DNA of 64,000 nucleotides from Fistulifera solaris (Eukaryota), in assembly GCA_030295235.1 (NCBI GenBank), contig AP026142.1, positions 682,001 through 746,000 of the forward strand, given 5' to 3'. A program made the position numbers and the translations under genes. Each line of letters opens with the position of its first letter. Within the stretch, counting starts at the first letter, position 1. The notes below the pieces were generated by a model that did not search any database, was not told the DNA's origin, and worked only from the letters and a program-made list of their open reading frames with translations. Of the stretch, positions 46,009 through 57,843 are shown piece after piece.

Positions 46009-46821
46009 CTAGGCCGCTGCAGCTGTAGATCGTAAGCAAGATGAGTACATGTCGTCTTCCTCTAAGAATTCTTCGAGAACATCAAGAAACACTGTAGTGT
46101 AATGCTGGAAAGCATCGTAGGGAATTCGCAGCGCAGGGGCTAATCTGTCCAGGGCGTGCAAGATGAGTAAGGTAAACGGTAGAATCCGTGTACGGAGCTC
46201 GTTCTTCTGTCCATTCATGCAACTGTACTGGCACACCGATTCAAGGTTTGAACAAGCGAGCTGCAGCATTTGGTATGCTAAAGCAAGGTATCGTTCTGCA
46301 ACATGGGAAAAAGCCGATGTTGTGGCAACACAAATGTAGGAAGCTGCCAAATTATTTAGAAGGATGGAGCGTTCGGTACCTCTGAAGTACGCCATACCTT
46401 CCCGTATTGTTGTCTCCGATAGCTCTATCCGAATAATGTTTAAAGAAAATTGGCTGCTTGCTTTGCTGTCGTCGCTTTCATTGAAACCTGTTTTCACAGT
46501 GTCGGCAAAATCGTTTTCGGTAATAACACGAAATCGAACAAAGCCGTTATTTTTTGCCAAAGGACTGCAATGAGAAACTTCACGATAAGATTTTTCGAGC
46601 GTTGCATTAATGGCTGTTAAAGAAAGATGCGGCTCACACATCGACGCGTCATGCATAATTGCAGTTGCATCTGTAAACGCCTCCAACGCCTCGTCGTAAC
46701 AACGTCGAGCAAGGAGAGACGCACCCACATTATTCAGCGCTATGGCTGCTGTGTAACGGAATTGAACATCTGTGCACATGAGTTCTGAAGTGACAATGCG
46801 GAGATTATACGACTCATTCAT
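46009..46821 (-). CDS. Hypothetical TPR-like helical protein of a diatom-expanded family
   Basis: 'AIALNNVGASLLARRCYDEALEAFTDA', 'SILLNNLAASY' and C-terminal 'TAAAA', a pattern typical of lineage-expanded diatom families. Confidence 0.55.
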   Translation of the reverse strand: MNESYNLRIVTSELMCTDVQFRYTAAIALNNVGASLLARRCYDEALEAFTDATAIMHDASMCEPHLSLTAINATLEKSYREVSHCSPLAKNNGFVRFRVITENDFADTVKTGFNESDDSKASSQFSLNIIRIELSETTIREGMAYFRGTERSILLNNLAASYICVATTSAFSHVAERYLALAYQMLQLACSNLESVCQYSCMNGQKNELRTRILPFTLLILHALDRLAPALRIPYDAFQHYTTVFLDVLEEFLEEDDMYSSCLRSTAAAA

Positions 46822-48626
46822 GATTTTTATGGTGTGATGTTTTGTTTGTGTTCGCAATTTTGCGGTGTTGAAAATACCTTCGTTATTCTACCGACCTTTG
46901 ACGTAAGATGGATTTTACTTCTCCGTTATCCGCGATGGCCGCTTTGGCAAACGGAATAAATATCATGCAGAATGCAGAGAGAATGAGTTCCTTTATAGTC
47001 TCTATTTTTCAATAAGGTGTGAAGTGTGAAGAGAGAAGCTATCTCTCGAGTCTCTAGTCTCTTGAGTGTCATACTACTGTACAGTTAGGGACTGCGGAAG
47101 TATTACCGGTACAAGCACTTCAAACTCCAAGCTTTAACGAAAAACGCAACGTTAATGTCGACATCGAGTGAATTAAAACTTTTGGGTGAGTTTTCGAGTC
47201 GATTTCGCAACACGAGTAGTCTAAATTCTAAACAAAGAAGGACCTTCGATAAGTAATACTACGTAAACAAAGATGCGTTTATGGTTTATGGTTTATGTCT
47301 CTGTTCCATGTTCCATGACCTATAGTGAAATTGATTATGAAAAATTCTGTTCTTTTGGTTAGCACATTGAAGTTGAACTTATTTGATCAATACACCATTC
47401 GTCATTATTTATCTTTATCTCTTGCATTTTGCATTTAACGATGTGTCTATTCTTTGTTGTTCTTTATTAAATTCTGGGCCCTTGCCTTCTGCAATCGACT
47501 ACCAGGTACAAGTAACAAGTACCAACCGTTAATCGTCAATGTTTGCTCGAAATGACTTGAGTCAAATGCGCCATACAAGCGCAAAATCCGAAACGGTTGG
47601 AGCATTGGAGCGTGCCGCCGCAAACCGCAAATGGACAACATTTATGACCCAAGACCAAATCAGGATAAGGTTGCATGCAACACTCGGGTACTCGTAAATT
47701 CGTGAATGATTGCTTCTCAAAGTTTCAGGAAAAATAAAAATAAACAATGTATGCTCGGGGGACTTTTTTCAATCAGTTTTTCATCTAAAATAATGAGCAA
47801 ATAGCTAGGCTGCTTTGCCGTTGCACATTCATTTTTCGAAAAGCCGGTTAGCTGCCATCCATGCTCTGACTTTACTCTCGTGCTGAACGGCACCAGTCTA
47901 GAGGCGACAAGAATACCAAGGAGTCTTTCGTATCGCAAAAATAAAATGCAGGGCAAAATCCACCGTGGACGATCATGGGAGCAAACCGTAAGCTATGATT
48001 TACGGAGTATTATTTATTGCAACCATCTCCATTTTTAATTGTCTCGATCAGCCGCACTTACCAGGCCAGCCAAAGCTACGCACGAAACGATGAGACGCTG
48101 GGTAACATCCAATTCCGAAAGGCCGAATACATTGGTGGTCGAAGAAAATATAATTAAAGGTTAAGATAAAAATTAGGCCAAACGCTACCACGAGTCAGGT
48201 TATGCGTTACTAGGTACGGTACCGGTACCGTTCGCCTTTCGTTAAGCCCAGATTGTGTCCCCTTTCAACGTACATTTTGGAGAAGACTATTGAGAACCGC
48301 ATTGAATGTCGCAAGTGACGCTACAAGACCCGGAAGTTGTTTTCTCCGTCGACGTCGAAAGAAAGTGTTCCGTTGGCGGTTGGAGTTGGCCATAAAAAGG
48401 CTCACCGGACCGCACACAGACAGGCGACCGCTAACTTTGCTGCCAAAATAAACAAGTAGCACTTCCAAAAGTGTTTACTTCTTCTTGTTGTAAATATCTA
48501 AGGTTTCGTTGGAAGTCGTATAGTCCTTTGCTTTCGCTCGATTAGATCAGTCACTCTCCAGAAAATTCATTCCAGCGCTTTACATTTCGATCGAGATATA
48601 TTTGAAACACAAAAGAGAAGGCCAGA

Positions 48627-49287
48627 ATGAGTACAAGTGCGAGGCGCCGTTTAATGCATGACTTCAAGCGGTGAGTGAATTGATAGCATAGCTGCGTGAG
48701 ACTGTGGCTGGGTCGAAAAGAGCTACCTAGATAATGAAGAAAAGACTTTGCTGGCGCAACGGCAGCGAAAACAAAAAGACTTTTTTTCAAAGCTTCCCTT
48801 TGGTAATTGCAGTCTTACTCACCCAATTTTCTTTCTCCACTCCATTTGCTAAAATTTACCAAAACACAGTCTGCAAAATGATCCACCGTCCGGAGTTACA
48901 GGCGCTCCGATGGATACCAACATTATGTTGTGGCAGGCCGTCATTTTCGGCCCCGACGACACTCCGTGGGAGGGCGGCACTTTCAAGCTCGTGCTAGAAT
49001 TCACCGAGGACTATCCCAACAAAGCTCCGCAAGTTCGTTTCTTGACGAAAATGTTCCACCCGAATATTTACAATGACGGACAGATTTGTTTGGATATTTT
49101 GCAGAATCAGTGGAGTCCTATTTACGACATCTCAGCCATTCTGACGAGCATTCAGTCATTGTTGTGCGATCCGAATCCGGCATCGCCGGCAAACTCGGAA
49201 GCTTCTCGCTTGTATAACGAAAATCGTCGTGAATACAACCGTCGCGTTCGAGAAATTGTGGAGCAGAGTTGGTTGGATGAATCATAA
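48627..49287 (+). CDS. UBC2: E2 ubiquitin-conjugating enzyme RAD6/UBC2
   Basis: Exon 1 48627..48670 ([15 protein letters not shown]), intron 48671..48869, exon 2 LQNDPPSGV…[15 protein letters not shown]…[25 protein letters not shown]…[12 protein letters not shown]. Confidence 0.95.
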
Positions 49288-49413
49288 ACTGCGCTTGGAG
49301 TGATCGATGAGGAGAATAATTAGTCCGAACGACGGGGTCTCTTTCAACTAGAAGCACGCGATGATGGGAAGAAAGGCCCTACATACGAACTGAAATAGTT
49401 TAGTATATATACT

Positions 49414-50068
49414 CTAGGAAACTACTTGCTGGTTTGTAGCCGGTTTCTCTCGAGGTGTTAAGCGGAGCTCTGGGACTTTTGCCGCGACAAAGGATGTAAA
49501 CGAATCCACATCCTGATGAAATTGCATTTCTTCTGTAGATATTACACTTCCATCTTTTTTTCTTGCGACTCACAAAAACCATTATGGATACTTGTTTGAG
49601 TCGCAAGACCTGCGCGAGTTTATTTGCGTCCAAGTACAAGAATAGCGGAATGTTGCGTTCGTGACAAATAGCCGGAATGTAATTCCATGGCAATGAGTTT
49701 CCATGAGGAACAATGGGTAATACGACAAGTAAGGGTTGCTGGTGCTTTTGCTTTTGCGTGGAAGATGTTGAAGGTTGCAATAAGGCGCGAGCACATACAT
49801 TGTATCCTATTTTAATGCGTTGTCGAAACCATTCATTTCTTGTCCGAGATAGCGTGTTCTTGTTATTCACTTTACTAGGTTTCGTCCAGTATTTTTGAAC
49901 CAGTTCTTTGTCGAAGCGTTCCCAAAAGAGTTCTTGTCGTGAAAACGAAACAGGTGCGGCTTGCAAGAGATCGGAAGACGTGAAGGTTGTGGTTGTGAAA
50001 AGCGATTCGCAATCGATCCAGGATCGTGGCTGCTCTCGTCTTTGTCGCTTTGTTTTTGGCGAATACAT
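49414..50068 (-). CDS. L7Ae/L30-fold protein (RNase P/MRP Rpp38/Pop3-like)
   Basis: 'IKIGYNVCARAL…PLLVVL…YIPAICHERNIPLF…LAQVL' matches the L7Ae fold pattern (G.N…KAL…H.P.LC….VP). A frameshift at the T run ~49555-49561 gives the end …FHQDVDSFTSFV…QVVS*. Confidence 0.6.
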
Positions 50069-50627
50069 CTTCTTTTCTCGTTAACGAAGTACTACTATAT
50101 TAATGAAGAGCTCTACGATGTTGCTTTTATCAATAGGGAGATAATTATCATTATTTCGCAACTTTTGCTTGCGCAACACAATAAGCACCCTTGCTCGTGA
50201 CTTGTTTCCAGTCGTGTTATATCTTGATTCTATTATAAATTCGTAATCGCACGGTCCGGAACTAATACCGCCGTAACATATTCAGTAGGCAACGAAGTGT
50301 GAGTCCCTATAAATGCTTGGTATAAAAGTGGCGGTGCTTGAAAAAACAACTCATTGCTAATCATCACGACAGTCATGGCCGTGTATTTAGAATTTGGGTC
50401 GATCAAATCATCGTTTCCGACTCATGACTCATGACTGATGTCCAGTCGCATGCAGTTGACTACGGAATACGGAGTATTATTTTTGCTTCGAGCATCCGGG
50501 TGATCTTGGCACACGCCTGTCGCCTATTTTTTTATTTGCTGTTCATTATTTTTTTCCTATAAAAACAGCCATTTTGTTTGAATTGGCGACATCAAGTCTC
50601 TTTGTTATTATATTTTCCCGTTCAGAC

Positions 50628-52331
50628 ATGTCATCCTTACATCGGCTTATTTCCACTTCGTTGACGCAATCGATCCAAACGAGCAAACGACGAAAACGAA
50701 TACTACCAAGTACTTATGTACTCTCTCCCTCTTCTTTCAAGTTTTCAACATTGACGACTGCCCCGCAGTCTCTTCCGGGCGAACGTCTTCGTGTCGCGGT
50801 CGTAGGGGGAGGATGTGCCGGTTTGTCGTCGGCTTTGCATTTAGCCCCGCTCGTCGAAAAAGGGCTCCTTGCTTCTCCCATTGACATTTACACACACGAT
50901 AATCATTTGACGGCGCATCAACGTGACATTGGTGTCGGAGTGTGGAGTACAGCGTTAGATCCGTTCCGTCTGGAACAGGATCGACCCAGTCATCAACTGG
51001 CTTACAAAAGCTTGATTCAAGCGGGCACTTGGGTCACCAACGTTGGATATCGTACACCGGATGGATCTTGGTTGATGAAGTCACATTTGCCTTCGAATCA
51101 CTTGGAAGCGGATCAAAGGAATATGCCGGCTTTGTTGTTTTTGCGTGAAAAGGATTTGTGGAATTCCTTATCGACCGCGGTGCACTGGGAGCAACAACGT
51201 GGAATGATACAAATTCATACACAGCAAAAAGTCACGCAATTGTGGGAACAATCCACTCGGCCGTTTAGTACTCATTTAATGATTGAAAAACAGGGAAACA
51301 AAGGTCTTTCGTTACCAACAGAACGCGAATATCATGTCATTATTGCTGCGGATGGAACACATTCATTATTGCGACAACAATACGGGGGCCATGATGTGGA
51401 GAGACGGGTGCGATTAACTGGGACGGGGGCTTTACCGATGCCTTTGGATATTCCTGCGGAAGGACAACATGCTTCTGCGGCGGATTGGAATGAAATGCAA
51501 CGACAGACGGGGATTGGATTGCAAGATAGGCACTATACCGTCTATCGGGGAAATTCGGTGCTAACGCGCAACGAGATGGGATTGGATGATACTAGTTTTC
51601 AAACGTGGGGAACGGGTAATAGTATGCGGTTTGCAACAGTTCCCATGGTATATCCAGTGGGAAATCGGAAAGAAGAACGACAAGTATGGTTCATTACCTG
51701 TAACGATCCCGAAATTGCACAAGAAACGAATCCGAGTAAGCGGCAAGACTTGCTTTTGGAGAAATTCCAAGGTTGGCACGATCCCATTCGCCGGATTGTG
51801 GAAGCAACTGGTCCCAACGAAATACTCGCCGACCGTGCGATAGCACATCGCTACGCTACTTCACCTGTTCTGAATTTCAATCATGTGGTGGAAAAGATGC
51901 GTGGTATTAGGCCTCCCAACTCGGGGAGTGGACCGTTTATTATCTTCGTTGGAGATGCTTTCATGACAATTGATCCGATTCTGGCTCAAGGATTCACGGT
52001 CGGTATGGAGGGGGCGTACATTATGAAAAAGGCCATTGAGAAAGCATGTGTCAAGTGTGAGAGAGACTCGTCATTAAACTATGATCCCTACTTGTTAGAA
52101 AAAGTATTGAGAGAACGCGATGAGTCTCGGATGAAAAGGCTCGTTTGCCTTTTAAGAGCAACAGAGTTGGTCCAATTTTTGGGACAACCAAGTGGGACAC
52201 TAGGGCAATTTCAAACCAAGATACTTCGCCCTGTCGTGCAAATGATTCCAAACTTGATTAAGTCTCCCATCTTTGATCGAGTGCTCAAATACTCCTTAGG
52301 AATCACACCGTTCCGCACGAAAGGGGAGTAA
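50628..52331 (+). CDS. FAD-dependent monooxygenase (class A, UbiH/zeaxanthin-epoxidase-like), probably mitochondrial
   Basis: VAVVGGGCAGL (FAD Rossmann), IIAADGTHSLLR (DG motif), FVGDAFMTIDPILAQG (GD motif). Ser/Arg-rich presequence. Confidence 0.85.
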   Translation: MSSLHRLISTSLTQSIQTSKRRKRILPSTYVLSPSSFKFSTLTTAPQSLPGERLRVAVVGGGCAGLSSALHLAPLVEKGLLASPIDIYTHDNHLTAHQRDIGVGVWSTALDPFRLEQDRPSHQLAYKSLIQAGTWVTNVGYRTPDGSWLMKSHLPSNHLEADQRNMPALLFLREKDLWNSLSTAVHWEQQRGMIQIHTQQKVTQLWEQSTRPFSTHLMIEKQGNKGLSLPTEREYHVIIAADGTHSLLRQQYGGHDVERRVRLTGTGALPMPLDIPAEGQHASAADWNEMQRQTGIGLQDRHYTVYRGNSVLTRNEMGLDDTSFQTWGTGNSMRFATVPMVYPVGNRKEERQVWFITCNDPEIAQETNPSKRQDLLLEKFQGWHDPIRRIVEATGPNEILADRAIAHRYATSPVLNFNHVVEKMRGIRPPNSGSGPFIIFVGDAFMTIDPILAQGFTVGMEGAYIMKKAIEKACVKCERDSSLNYDPYLLEKVLRERDESRMKRLVCLLRATELVQFLGQPSGTLGQFQTKILRPVVQMIPNLIKSPIFDRVLKYSLGITPFRTKGE

Positions 52332-52639
52332 AACTGAACAATCTTAAGTGAGTTACCGGTTACCTCGTACGTTAGATTAGAGATTTGAGCGATTGTTACT
52401 TGTTAAAGCTCGTAAAGTAACAGAAAATTTGGATTCGAACCTGAAGCTCAATAAGATGTGAAAGAGTCAGTCTTGTCAAGAAAACACGCAGCACGAATGG
52501 AAAAAGGTTGGTTAATCTTGTTTTTCCGGGCACATCGCAATAATTTTATTGAATGATGGCTCAAATGAAGCTCCAAGCAAAGTTAAACTGTGTTCAGTGT
52601 TAAGTGGCTGCATTGTAGATTTGTCTATCAAAAAGCAAT

Positions 52640-52712
52640 TTCCGGTACGGGGACTCGAACCCCGGTTTGGAACGTGAGAGGCTCCTGTGATAACCACCTA
52701 CACTATACCGGA
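52640..52712 (-). tRNA. trnE: tRNA-Glu (anticodon CTC)
   Basis: Minus strand reads TCCGGTA TA GTGTAGGTGGTTATCAC A GGAGC CT-CTC-AC GTTCC AAAC CGGGG TTCGAGT CCCCG TACCGGA A. Acceptor, anticodon and T stems pair. A T5 Pol III terminator follows (A run at 52630-52634). Confidence 0.95.
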
Positions 52713-53500
52713 TTTCATTTAACATCGAAATAGTTAAATTATTTCTTAATAGAAACGCATTGTCAAAGTTACCGACATTCACTTTCACTCATCATCAACA
52801 GGTTGTTCGTCCCAGTCGACTGCGTCACTAGCTAGAAACAACTGAGTCACATTGAGGCTATAAGAACCAGCACCATCTAAAACAATGCCTTGTAAAGCTG
52901 GAAGAATACGTCGTTGTATTTTGCATCGTTCATTGCTTGCTGCAAATGGGGGCAGCAACAACGGTCGTAACCATTCTTCGACATGTCGACATCGAAAGCT
53001 TTTGTTTTAATAATATATATCCTAAATGCTGCAAAATCTCCATCCACTGTAAGCGCCACTGGATCCCCATCTTCAATCTTTTCCGCGAGTGGAAAGTGAC
53101 ATAGCTGTATCGCCAAGTGCAAAGGTTATGCACTTATCGAACTGTCGCCCCTGGAAAAAATTTTGCGAAGCGTTACAGCTCATTTATATTCATAGAGCTA
53201 GTAATCAAGTTGACTGTTGTCGTTTTCGACCCGTGATGATTGTTGGATGTCGTTTTCGTCTGGTCACAAAACGCTTTATGAACATGATAGTACAAGTACA
53301 AGTCCTCCCGAGACTCATCTGACTCGATGAAACGTGAGACGTACGGCTGACGTTCTTACGGCGCGCACTGCGTAGGTCTACTATTATACGTAGTATCTAT
53401 TATCGACCATCAATTTTTTCGTTTGAAAATCGTTCCGTGATACCTTTGCTTCTTTGCTTAATTGATTGCAACTTCTTTCGATTCAATTCTCCTTCCCAAC

Positions 53501-54325
53501 ATGTCAGACTCGGAAGAATCATCCGCTAGCGTTTCTTCAGCCTCGTCGGACGAAAAGAGGCCCGTGGCCGACGAAAAGGGAGGATCGTCCAGTAACAAAA
53601 AGAGAAAAATAGTCTCGGAAACTCCTCTCGAGGTGGTCGCCTTGCCGAGCAATGGACCTCTTCGGAAAGACAAGCCAATCATTATATTACTCGATCAAGC
53701 TACCATTGAGTCTATGAAAAACAAGCGAAATATCTACGAGTTGCTCAACTGTGATGATCACCGCGACTATTGCAAGAAGAAACTTCGCAAGGACCCGAAT
53801 GAATTTCGACCGGATATTTTGCATCAAGAGATGCTGGCGTTGTTGGATTCGCCTCTCAACAAGGCAGGACTAGTAAAGTTGTATATACAGACGAAGAAGC
53901 ATGTTCTCATTGAAGTAAATCCATCTCTGCGTATGCCACGAACGTACAAACGTTTCGCAGGTTTAATGGTCCAATTGCTGCACAAAATGAAAATCAAATC
54001 ATCCACCGAATCGACCACTTTGTTGAAAGTTATCAAGAATCCTTTCTCGCAGCATTTACCAGCTGGAACACGGTGTTATGGTTTCTCGTCACAAGGTGAT
54101 TTGTGCAGTCCCATTGCCTTGGCCAAGAACTTACTGCCACCTTCACCCGACGACGGAGCAGCTCCCACATGCTTTATTGTAGGTGCTATGTCTACAGGTC
54201 ACGTAACGTTGGAAGATCATCCGTACATGGAAAAGATGTTAAGCATCTCCGAGTATCCTTTGTCAGGGGCCGCCGCCTTGTCACGAATCATGGGGGGAGT
54301 GGAACATTACTGGGGTATTGTTTAG
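53501..54325 (+). CDS. EMG1: 18S rRNA pseudouridine N1-methyltransferase Nep1/EMG1
   Basis: YELLNCDDH, RPDILHQEMLALLDSPLNKAG, LIEVNP..RMPRTYKRFAGLMVQLLHK, LLKVIKNP, VGAMSTG and SISEYPLSG. Confidence 0.95.
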   Translation: MSDSEESSASVSSASSDEKRPVADEKGGSSSNKKRKIVSETPLEVVALPSNGPLRKDKPIIILLDQATIESMKNKRNIYELLNCDDHRDYCKKKLRKDPNEFRPDILHQEMLALLDSPLNKAGLVKLYIQTKKHVLIEVNPSLRMPRTYKRFAGLMVQLLHKMKIKSSTESTTLLKVIKNPFSQHLPAGTRCYGFSSQGDLCSPIALAKNLLPPSPDDGAAPTCFIVGAMSTGHVTLEDHPYMEKMLSISEYPLSGAAALSRIMGGVEHYWGIV

Positions 54326-54912
54326 TAATATTAAAGTAGGCTGTATGGAAAACAAAGGAAAGTTAAAGCGTTCTTACTATTAGCGTTGTTTATTAGCCAA
54401 CTGTTTGACGAGAGCAAGACAACCACTATTTTCAGTGACGTCCATGACGGCTCACTCGTGATTTACTTTGCGATATGACAGAGCGGTATTGGTATTGTAA
54501 TGGCCATCAGGGCGAAATTCGGAAGCTTGCACGTTTAGTAAAGGGTCAGGACGTCGCCAATCGGCATTTAAGGTACTCTAACTATCAATGGTGTCGCACC
54601 TTTTTCCAAGTACTTTTTTAGAATGACTTTCAATAACAGTCTCACCCTGGTCTCGACCGCACCACTTCCTCTATGTAATTATCCTCAACAGCTATTTCAA
54701 ACGCGCGCATTTCCTCAAAACATTGACGCGAACAAGACGCAGTTGGGCGATCGGCCTCATCGCTTGTTTATTTTCATCACTATTGCACTGCAACAACAGA
54801 AACCAGAACCTGTTCGAACATCTCAATTTGCAATCGATACATTCAAAAACCAGAAGGAAACACATACTTTGTAAAATAATCGTCGAAGGCTTCCGTCGGT
54901 TGTTACAAAAGA

Positions 54913-57540
54913 ATGAGCGACGCTCGGCCCGATCCCAACACCAAGTCGGCGTTTCTAAGCCCCACACGGCTGGCCGCCCGACGCCTTTCGCAGCATCAGT
55001 ATCGTGGACCTCGAGCTTTAAGTCCCACCGGATCAGATGTTTCTGCTTATAGTTCACGCAGTCGTCGCTCGCAAAGCATGATTCGATCACCGGAAGACGC
55101 TGAAGTCTTTGAGAACATCAGCTCGGCAACAGGAGTTCGGATATCGGCTTCGCAAAATAGCAAGCGAAGGAATCATCAACAACAGCAACAGCATCGAATG
55201 CGGAATTTTACATCGCCTCCTGTCACTAACTCACATAATCTCGGCAGCGCGAGTTTTGCAGCCCGTGAATTAGAAACATATTCGAGCATGAGCATGGATG
55301 TGAATGATGACAACGATCCTCCAAAGAACGATTTCTTCTACTCGGACCACAGTGGGGCACATGGAGAGCAAAAGGACTTTTTTCGGAAAGATCCTATGAT
55401 TTTAGAACCATCGACAAGCCTAGATTTTGTACACAATGATAATTCGTTTCAGGTTTTAGCCAATGTTTTGGTGGATTTCTTTGACGCGCGAGTGAGACGA
55501 GGTCAACTGACTCTGGAAGCCAACGACGCAGAACTCATTGAGCGATTACTTCCCGCTTCCGCACGTCGACATTTCATTGAAGCTGTACAATACCGATTGG
55601 AGCGAACGCCCGCATGTCCGAAATCACAGCTCGATTTTCTGACACTACAATGTCAGGAATTGGGATTGGATCGCGATGGGCCCGAGAATCCGATCATTGC
55701 CACGGCCATGCTGGATGAAAATGAGACATATGTGACCTTGCCTGTTCTTTGCACCAAAAGTAAAGAGGAAATCAAAGCATCGAATTCGGACGAAAGTGAT
55801 AGCTCCGAGCAGGATTGGGTCGATCTTACGAAAGCAGACTTAGAGCAACCAACGCCGGTCGTTATCGCCAAAAATAGTCAGATCATGAAAGCAGGAATGG
55901 CTACGTATGAAACCAATCGTGTAAAAGTTGCCAAAGAAAAGATTGTCACATGCACTACGACAGCAGTCAACGCACAACAACAAGCTCCAGAACCCACTCC
56001 AAGGCAAAAACCGTCCTTTGATTTTCCGGATCCTGAGTCAACTGACAATATAGTACAACGAACGCTTTTGATGGAATTGCATGAAGCACGCCAAATGATG
56101 CAGGCATCGACATCTTTGGAAACGGTAGAGTTTTGGGAGAGCCATATAGAAGATCTGAAAGCTAAGTATCGAGCGCTGCTTGGAAAACCGAAGCTATCGT
56201 CAGCCCCTATTATGCCACCGTCGCCAACAACTACTATTGATACACACGAATATCATTCTACCCAGCCATCCATGTCCTTGGAATCGGGGCAACAACAATA
56301 CCATCTTTCACAGTCACAAGCGTCTCAGGATCAGGGTTCAGAATTTAGGCAGCCAACACACGTTCAACCACCGATGCAAGCTAAAAAATCAATCTTTTTT
56401 CCGCAGCAATCACCAACGTCGCATCCGCATCTTGAACAAAAAACAGCGGTTTCGATTGGTCCGCCGCAGTGTACTCAACAACCTATGTCAGAGGCATTTG
56501 AACCGCCTACTTTTCAAGCGTCGAATGACCCTACACCGACGGCAAATCACGTGTTGACACCAGTTTCGGTTCTGCCGGGGACTCCCAATCCACCTGCTAC
56601 ACCTTCTGAAGATACCGAGTCGATTGCCCCGCAAACAGCGAACGTGTTGGCCATTCCATTTATAGCCTCAGCTTCATGTCCTCCACCAATAGCGGACACT
56701 CAACCCGACTACAAGGATCCAGCGATGATCGCCCCCGCTACAAAAATTCTGCAACCGGCAAGCTCTGAATTACCGGAGCCAGATTACAATGTTCCGATGG
56801 TGGACGTTGTGGCACCGGCTGATCTGCCAGGCGGTTATAACTTTGAAGCGGAATTTGAAGGACAACGCTTTCTGGCCACAGTGCCCGCCGGTGGCGTGAA
56901 AGAAGGCGAAACGTTCACGTGCTATATGCGTCAACTCGACTCGATGACAATCGATACCCCCATTGGCTATTGGAGAGACGGTATATGCGGTCTTTGCTCT
57001 CACGGTTGCTGTCATCCGGTTGTCTGGAACTCAATTCTTTGTCCTCTTGTGGCGCTGGCGCAAGTGCAGTATAGGGCGAATCTCGATTTTCTGGGTCGTC
57101 CCAATTTATTCTATGGCGCGGCACCGAACCGAGCCATGATGGTTACAATTATCCTGTTCTGGATCGTGATAAACGCGATGCTACTTTTGGGATACAATAT
57201 AAAATGGAGTCAGAACATGGATTTGACCATTGCGGATTGGACTTCTTTGGCCGTGATCAACGGTGCCTATATGTGTTTTATTGTTTTTGTCACTCAGTCG
57301 ACAAGAAGCAGCCTGCGCGACAAGTATCTGATTCGTGAACAGGCTTGCAGTGACCTGGAAGACCTTTGTTGCGCCACTTGTTGCTTACCATGTTCGATTT
57401 CTCAAATGTCAAGACATACTGGAAATTATAATGAATACGAAGCAGTATGTTGTTCCAGAACCGGTCTTCCGGATGGAATAGGGGAACATGAACGGGCACC
57501 ACTTCGGCCATCGCATGGGCCTTCGTCCTATGTTGTTTGA
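54913..57540 (+). CDS. PLAC8 (Cys-rich) domain membrane protein with long low-complexity N-terminus
   Basis: C-terminal 'GYWRDGICGLC…CCHP…LCPLVALAQV…TRSSLRDKYLI…EDLCCATCCLPCSISQMSRHT', preceded by 'VDVVAPADLPGGYNF…VPAGGVKEGETF'. Confidence 0.8.
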   Translation: MSDARPDPNTKSAFLSPTRLAARRLSQHQYRGPRALSPTGSDVSAYSSRSRRSQSMIRSPEDAEVFENISSATGVRISASQNSKRRNHQQQQQHRMRNFTSPPVTNSHNLGSASFAARELETYSSMSMDVNDDNDPPKNDFFYSDHSGAHGEQKDFFRKDPMILEPSTSLDFVHNDNSFQVLANVLVDFFDARVRRGQLTLEANDAELIERLLPASARRHFIEAVQYRLERTPACPKSQLDFLTLQCQELGLDRDGPENPIIATAMLDENETYVTLPVLCTKSKEEIKASNSDESDSSEQDWVDLTKADLEQPTPVVIAKNSQIMKAGMATYETNRVKVAKEKIVTCTTTAVNAQQQAPEPTPRQKPSFDFPDPESTDNIVQRTLLMELHEARQMMQASTSLETVEFWESHIEDLKAKYRALLGKPKLSSAPIMPPSPTTTIDTHEYHSTQPSMSLESGQQQYHLSQSQASQDQGSEFRQPTHVQPPMQAKKSIFFPQQSPTSHPHLEQKTAVSIGPPQCTQQPMSEAFEPPTFQASNDPTPTANHVLTPVSVLPGTPNPPATPSEDTESIAPQTANVLAIPFIASASCPPPIADTQPDYKDPAMIAPATKILQPASSELPEPDYNVPMVDVVAPADLPGGYNFEAEFEGQRFLATVPAGGVKEGETFTCYMRQLDSMTIDTPIGYWRDGICGLCSHGCCHPVVWNSILCPLVALAQVQYRANLDFLGRPNLFYGAAPNRAMMVTIILFWIVINAMLLLGYNIKWSQNMDLTIADWTSLAVINGAYMCFIVFVTQSTRSSLRDKYLIREQACSDLEDLCCATCCLPCSISQMSRHTGNYNEYEAVCCSRTGLPDGIGEHERAPLRPSHGPSSYVV

Positions 57541-57843
57541 ACATCATGTAGGTTCAACTTGGATCGGGCGAAATCCATTGGAGGCTTTTCGGTGACAGGA
57601 GACCAAATTATAGAGCGTTTATTTGCAACGCTCTTTCATGAATAACTATTTGTGATACATAATACTAGTGTTTAGTAATTGTTATTTTTTGGAAATTTGT
57701 TGCCTTCTAATAATAAATATAGTTGTCATGAACAACAGACAGTCTGTTGATAATTTCGATTCTCGCATTTGATTGTGTACTCAGAAAGTATGATGATTAA
57801 ACCTCTTTAATCATTATCCCCCATACCGTATTCCTGTGTCTTA

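Noticed and set aside
3039..50201. TCGTGAC as a shared promoter motif (3039, 3257, 6433, 9413, 13495, 33982, 50195)
   Set aside because: A 7-mer is expected several times by chance in 64 kb and it also occurs inside CDSs; enrichment cannot be established by eye.
52877..53133. Short ORFs next to the tRNA as a gene or integrated element remnant
   Set aside because: No recognisable domain, terminal repeats or att-like duplication; possibly a degraded fragment but not supportable.
11..54325. Functional cluster of ribosome-biogenesis/RNA-processing genes (DIS3L2, RPF2, ZNHIT3-like, L7Ae-like, EMG1)
   Set aside because: They are scattered over 54 kb among unrelated genes, and this is a large functional class, so chance is sufficient.
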